From Lacunisphaera sp. (GTDB taxonomy: Bacteria > Verrucomicrobiota > Verrucomicrobiia > Opitutales > Opitutaceae): a stretch of 64,000 bases of DNA. A program made the position numbers and the translations under genes. Under the pieces are notes generated by a model. The model was not told the origin of the DNA. It did no database searches and saw nothing but the letters and a program-made list of their open reading frames with translations. Below are positions 61,201 to 64,000 of this stretch, piece after piece. The DNA lies in NCBI GenBank assembly GCA_039807025.1, contig JBDHQK010000001.1, positions 1,418 to 65,417 of the forward strand, written 5' to 3'. Each line of letters begins with the position of its first letter. Position 1 is the first letter of the stretch.

Positions 61201-62880
61201 GTGCACGCCAGCGCCCCCGCCCCCGCCTCCCCGCCGCTGGCCCGCCTGGCCCCGTGGACCTGGCTGCTGCTGCCGCTGGCCTGCCACCTGGGGTTTTCAT
61301 GGATCGGCTTCAACCCGACCGACGACGGCTGGATGCAGGCCGCGGCACGGCGCATGGCCGAAGGCGAATTCCCCCACCGGGACTTCATCTTCGTGCGGCC
61401 CGCCCTTTCCGCCGTGTTGCAAATCCCGCTGGTGTGGCTGGGCGGCGACTACACCATCTGGCTCTCCCGCCTGTGGGGCTGGCTCACCATCGGCGGCATC
61501 GCCTGGCTGTGGAGCGGCCTGGCGCAGCCCGGCCGCACCGCCTGGAGCGTGCGCTACCCGCTGTATGCCGCCGCGTTTTTCCTCACCGCGCACGTCTTCC
61601 CGGTCATGGCCTGGCACAGCCTGGACGGGCTGTTGCTCGGCACGGCCGCCGTGTGGTTCGCCGCGCGCGGCACGCCGTGCGGCCTCCGCGCAGCGTTCGT
61701 TTGCGCCGGGCTCGCCGCGCTCTGTCGGCAGAACTTCGCGCTGTTCGGCCCGCTCCTCCTGCTGGCCATCCCCGATCCGCGCAAGTGGCGCGCGATGTTC
61801 TGGGCGGCGCTGCCCCCGCTGGCCTATCTCGGCGCCACGCTGGCGGCCGGCTGCCTGCCTGATTTCCTCCGGCAAGTCACCTCGCCGGGCGGGGCCCTCC
61901 GCAGCGTCGCCTGGCAGAACTACCTCGACGCCCCGGGCTTTCTTCCTGCCATCGCAGTCGGCGCACTCGCCGCCGCCCTCATCCACCGCGTCGGCTCCCG
62001 CCACGCCGCCACCGCCGGCGCGCTGGCCCTGGGCGTGCCGATGCTCGCAGCCGGCCTGGCGGCCCATCGCCTCACCCAGGGCCCGGGCGCCTTCCACGCG
62101 GCCGCCTACGGCCTCTTCGGACTCGCGCTGGGGCTGACGCTGGCCATCGCCGTGATTCGTCGCGGGCTCGCCGCGGACCGGCTGCCGCTCGTCGCCGGCC
62201 TGGCGCTCGCCTGGGTGACCGCCATTTCCATCGGCTGGAACAGCCCGGCGCTCGCCGCCGGCCTGCTGCTGGTGGTGATCTGGCGGGCTTCGCACCTGTC
62301 GGCCCCGCCGCCGCCGGCGGGCGCCGCGCCCGTCGGACGCCAGAGCACGCTCGCGGCGCTGGCGATGCTCGCGGTCGTCAGCCTGGCGTTCCGGCACGCC
62401 CGCCAACTGTATCCCTACCGCGATGCCGCGGCGGCGGAGCTGACCTTCGAGGCCGGCCCGGTATTCCCCGGCGCGACCGGGCTGCGCACGAACGTCCGCA
62501 CCTTTGCCGTGCTGCAGGACCTGCGGCGGCAGCTCGACCGGTTCGAAGCCGAGGGCACGCCCTACGCGCTGCTGACCGACTGCGCCGCCGTCTGGATCCG
62601 CAGCCCGCAGCGCAACCCCCTGCCCTGCGAATGGCCGCAGATCACCGAGCTCGGCTACGATCAGCACAGCGTGGACCGGATGACCGGCGCCATCCGCCAG
62701 CTCCCGCCCAACGCCCGCATCCTGGTGCAGCGCGTGCTGATCTCCGAGCTCGGCTACACCCTCGCCCCGCTGGGCACGGGGTGGGGCTATTATGCCGTGC
62801 AGAACTGGGTGCGCGCCCACGGCCAGCGCGTCGGGCAGACGGTGTATTTCGAGATCTACGCACCACCCGCCGCGCCCTGA
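61201..62880 (+). CDS. Polytopic membrane protein, GT-C glycosyltransferase candidate
   Basis: NPTDDGW..G..PHRDF in the first loop, about 11 TMs, C-terminal soluble domain, flanked by two GT2 genes. Confidence 0.65.
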   Translation: MHASAPAPASPPLARLAPWTWLLLPLACHLGFSWIGFNPTDDGWMQAAARRMAEGEFPHRDFIFVRPALSAVLQIPLVWLGGDYTIWLSRLWGWLTIGGIAWLWSGLAQPGRTAWSVRYPLYAAAFFLTAHVFPVMAWHSLDGLLLGTAAVWFAARGTPCGLRAAFVCAGLAALCRQNFALFGPLLLLAIPDPRKWRAMFWAALPPLAYLGATLAAGCLPDFLRQVTSPGGALRSVAWQNYLDAPGFLPAIAVGALAAALIHRVGSRHAATAGALALGVPMLAAGLAAHRLTQGPGAFHAAAYGLFGLALGLTLAIAVIRRGLAADRLPLVAGLALAWVTAISIGWNSPALAAGLLLVVIWRASHLSAPPPPAGAAPVGRQSTLAALAMLAVVSLAFRHARQLYPYRDAAAAELTFEAGPVFPGATGLRTNVRTFAVLQDLRRQLDRFEAEGTPYALLTDCAAVWIRSPQRNPLPCEWPQITELGYDQHSVDRMTGAIRQLPPNARILVQRVLISELGYTLAPLGTGWGYYAVQNWVRAHGQRVGQTVYFEIYAPPAAP

Positions 62881-62958
62881 GCCGCGCGGAGATTAAGATC
62901 CGTTTCACGGTTCGGCCGCTTGCACTGCCCGCGCGCTTCTGCCTTCATCCTGACCAGC

Positions 62959-63906
62959 ATGGCTCCGTCCCCGGCCCAACCCTCCGTCACCATCGTCCTG
63001 CCGATTTTCAACGAGGAGGAAGTCCTGCCCGAGTTGCTGGCGCGCCTGACCGCGGTCTTCGACGCCCACCCGGCGGTGGCGTGGGATGCGCTGCTGGTGG
63101 ACGACGGCAGCCGGGACCGCTCGGTGGAGCTGATCCGCGCCCAGGCCGCGCGCGATCCGCGCTTCGCGCTGCTCGAGCTCAGCCGGAACTTCGGCTTCCA
63201 GGCCGCGCTGGCCGCCGGCCTCGCCCACGCCAGGGGCGCGGCGGTCGTCACCATGGACGCGGACCTGCAGGATCCGCCCGAGTGCATCCCGGAGCTGGTC
63301 GCGCAATGGCGCGGCGGGGCCGAGGTGGTGCGCGCCGTGCGCCGCTCGCGGCAGGAGACGGGCTCACGCCGCCTCGGCATGGATGTCTTCCACCGTCTCT
63401 TCAACCGCATCTCCGACTTTCCCATCGAGGCCAACACCGGCACCTTCGGCCTGCTCGACCGCCAGGCGGTGGACGCCATGAACCGCCTGCCCGAGCGGCA
63501 CCGCTTCTTTCCCGGCATGCGATCCTGGGTCGGCTTCGCCACGGCGGAGATCCACTATGACCGCCAGGAGCGCGCCGCCGGCCAGCCGCAGCAGACCCTG
63601 CGCCGGCTCGCGCGCTACGCCTTCGACGGCGTGTTCGGCTTCTCCTATCTGCCGCTGCGCCTGCTCACCTACACCGGCCTCGTCGTCGGCACGGCGGGTT
63701 TTGCGCTGGGGCTCTATTACGTGGCCAAGCGCCTGATCAACATCGAGACCGCCCCCACCGGCTTCACCACCCTGGCCGCGCTGGTGCTGTTTCTCGGCGG
63801 CGTGCAGCTGATCGGCATCGGCGTCCTCGGCGAATACCTGGCGCGGGTCTATGACGAGGTGAAGGAGCGCCCGCTCTACCTCATCAAGCGCGGCCCCTCC
63901 CGCTGA
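62959..63906 (+). CDS. GT2 glycosyltransferase, GtrB/ArnC-like
   Basis: VLPIFNEE, VDDGSRD, SRNFGFQAAL, MDADLQDPPE, two C-terminal TMs, GEYLARVYDEVKERPLY. Confidence 0.92.
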   Translation: MAPSPAQPSVTIVLPIFNEEEVLPELLARLTAVFDAHPAVAWDALLVDDGSRDRSVELIRAQAARDPRFALLELSRNFGFQAALAAGLAHARGAAVVTMDADLQDPPECIPELVAQWRGGAEVVRAVRRSRQETGSRRLGMDVFHRLFNRISDFPIEANTGTFGLLDRQAVDAMNRLPERHRFFPGMRSWVGFATAEIHYDRQERAAGQPQQTLRRLARYAFDGVFGFSYLPLRLLTYTGLVVGTAGFALGLYYVAKRLINIETAPTGFTTLAALVLFLGGVQLIGIGVLGEYLARVYDEVKERPLYLIKRGPSR

Positions 63907-63914
63907 GCCGCGCC

Positions 63915-64000
63915 ATGGCCCTGTCTCCGCGCCACCGCCGCCTCTCCGAAGGCCTGTTCGTCGGTCTCGCCCTGCTGCTCTACTGGGTGATGGCCGCGAG
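63915..64000 (+). CDS. Membrane protein, N-terminal fragment (runs off the window edge)
   Basis: MALSPRHRRLSEGLFVGLALLLYWVMAA, starting 8 nt after the GT2 stop. Confidence 0.55.
   Translation, partial: MALSPRHRRLSEGLFVGLALLLYWVMAA

Overview
A GC-rich, gene-dense core-chromosome segment. Gene content and sequence style suggest Verrucomicrobiota, probably Opitutaceae (inference, not verified). It carries kdsD, fumC, an ECF sigma factor with a putative anti-sigma, a polyprenyl synthase, a pilMNOP-secretin-like operon, a 33-aa bS22/mS38-like protein missed by the ORF track, an AddAB-like pair, rpsT, RNase P RNA, gyrBA, corA, queF, rny, rodA, an Rne/Rng RNase, glgA, aroF-pheA, a second DAHP synthase, RNA methyltransferases, namZ, msrB, xseA and a DedA/GT2/GT-C surface-glycosylation cluster. 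I saw no CRISPR array, tRNA, rRNA, transposase or prophage. Two features stand out. First, a bacillithiol-type operon (bshA, bshB1 and a half-length 255-aa BshC-like protein) is coupled to an exported PIG-L deacetylase, a 45-aa membrane protein and a Na+/solute symporter. Second, an unannotated Phe/Tyr-rich leader peptide with a complete 1:2/2:3/3:4 attenuator lies upstream of aroF-pheA. Several families of intergenic palindromes also occur. All calls come from motif recognition by eye, with no database searches.
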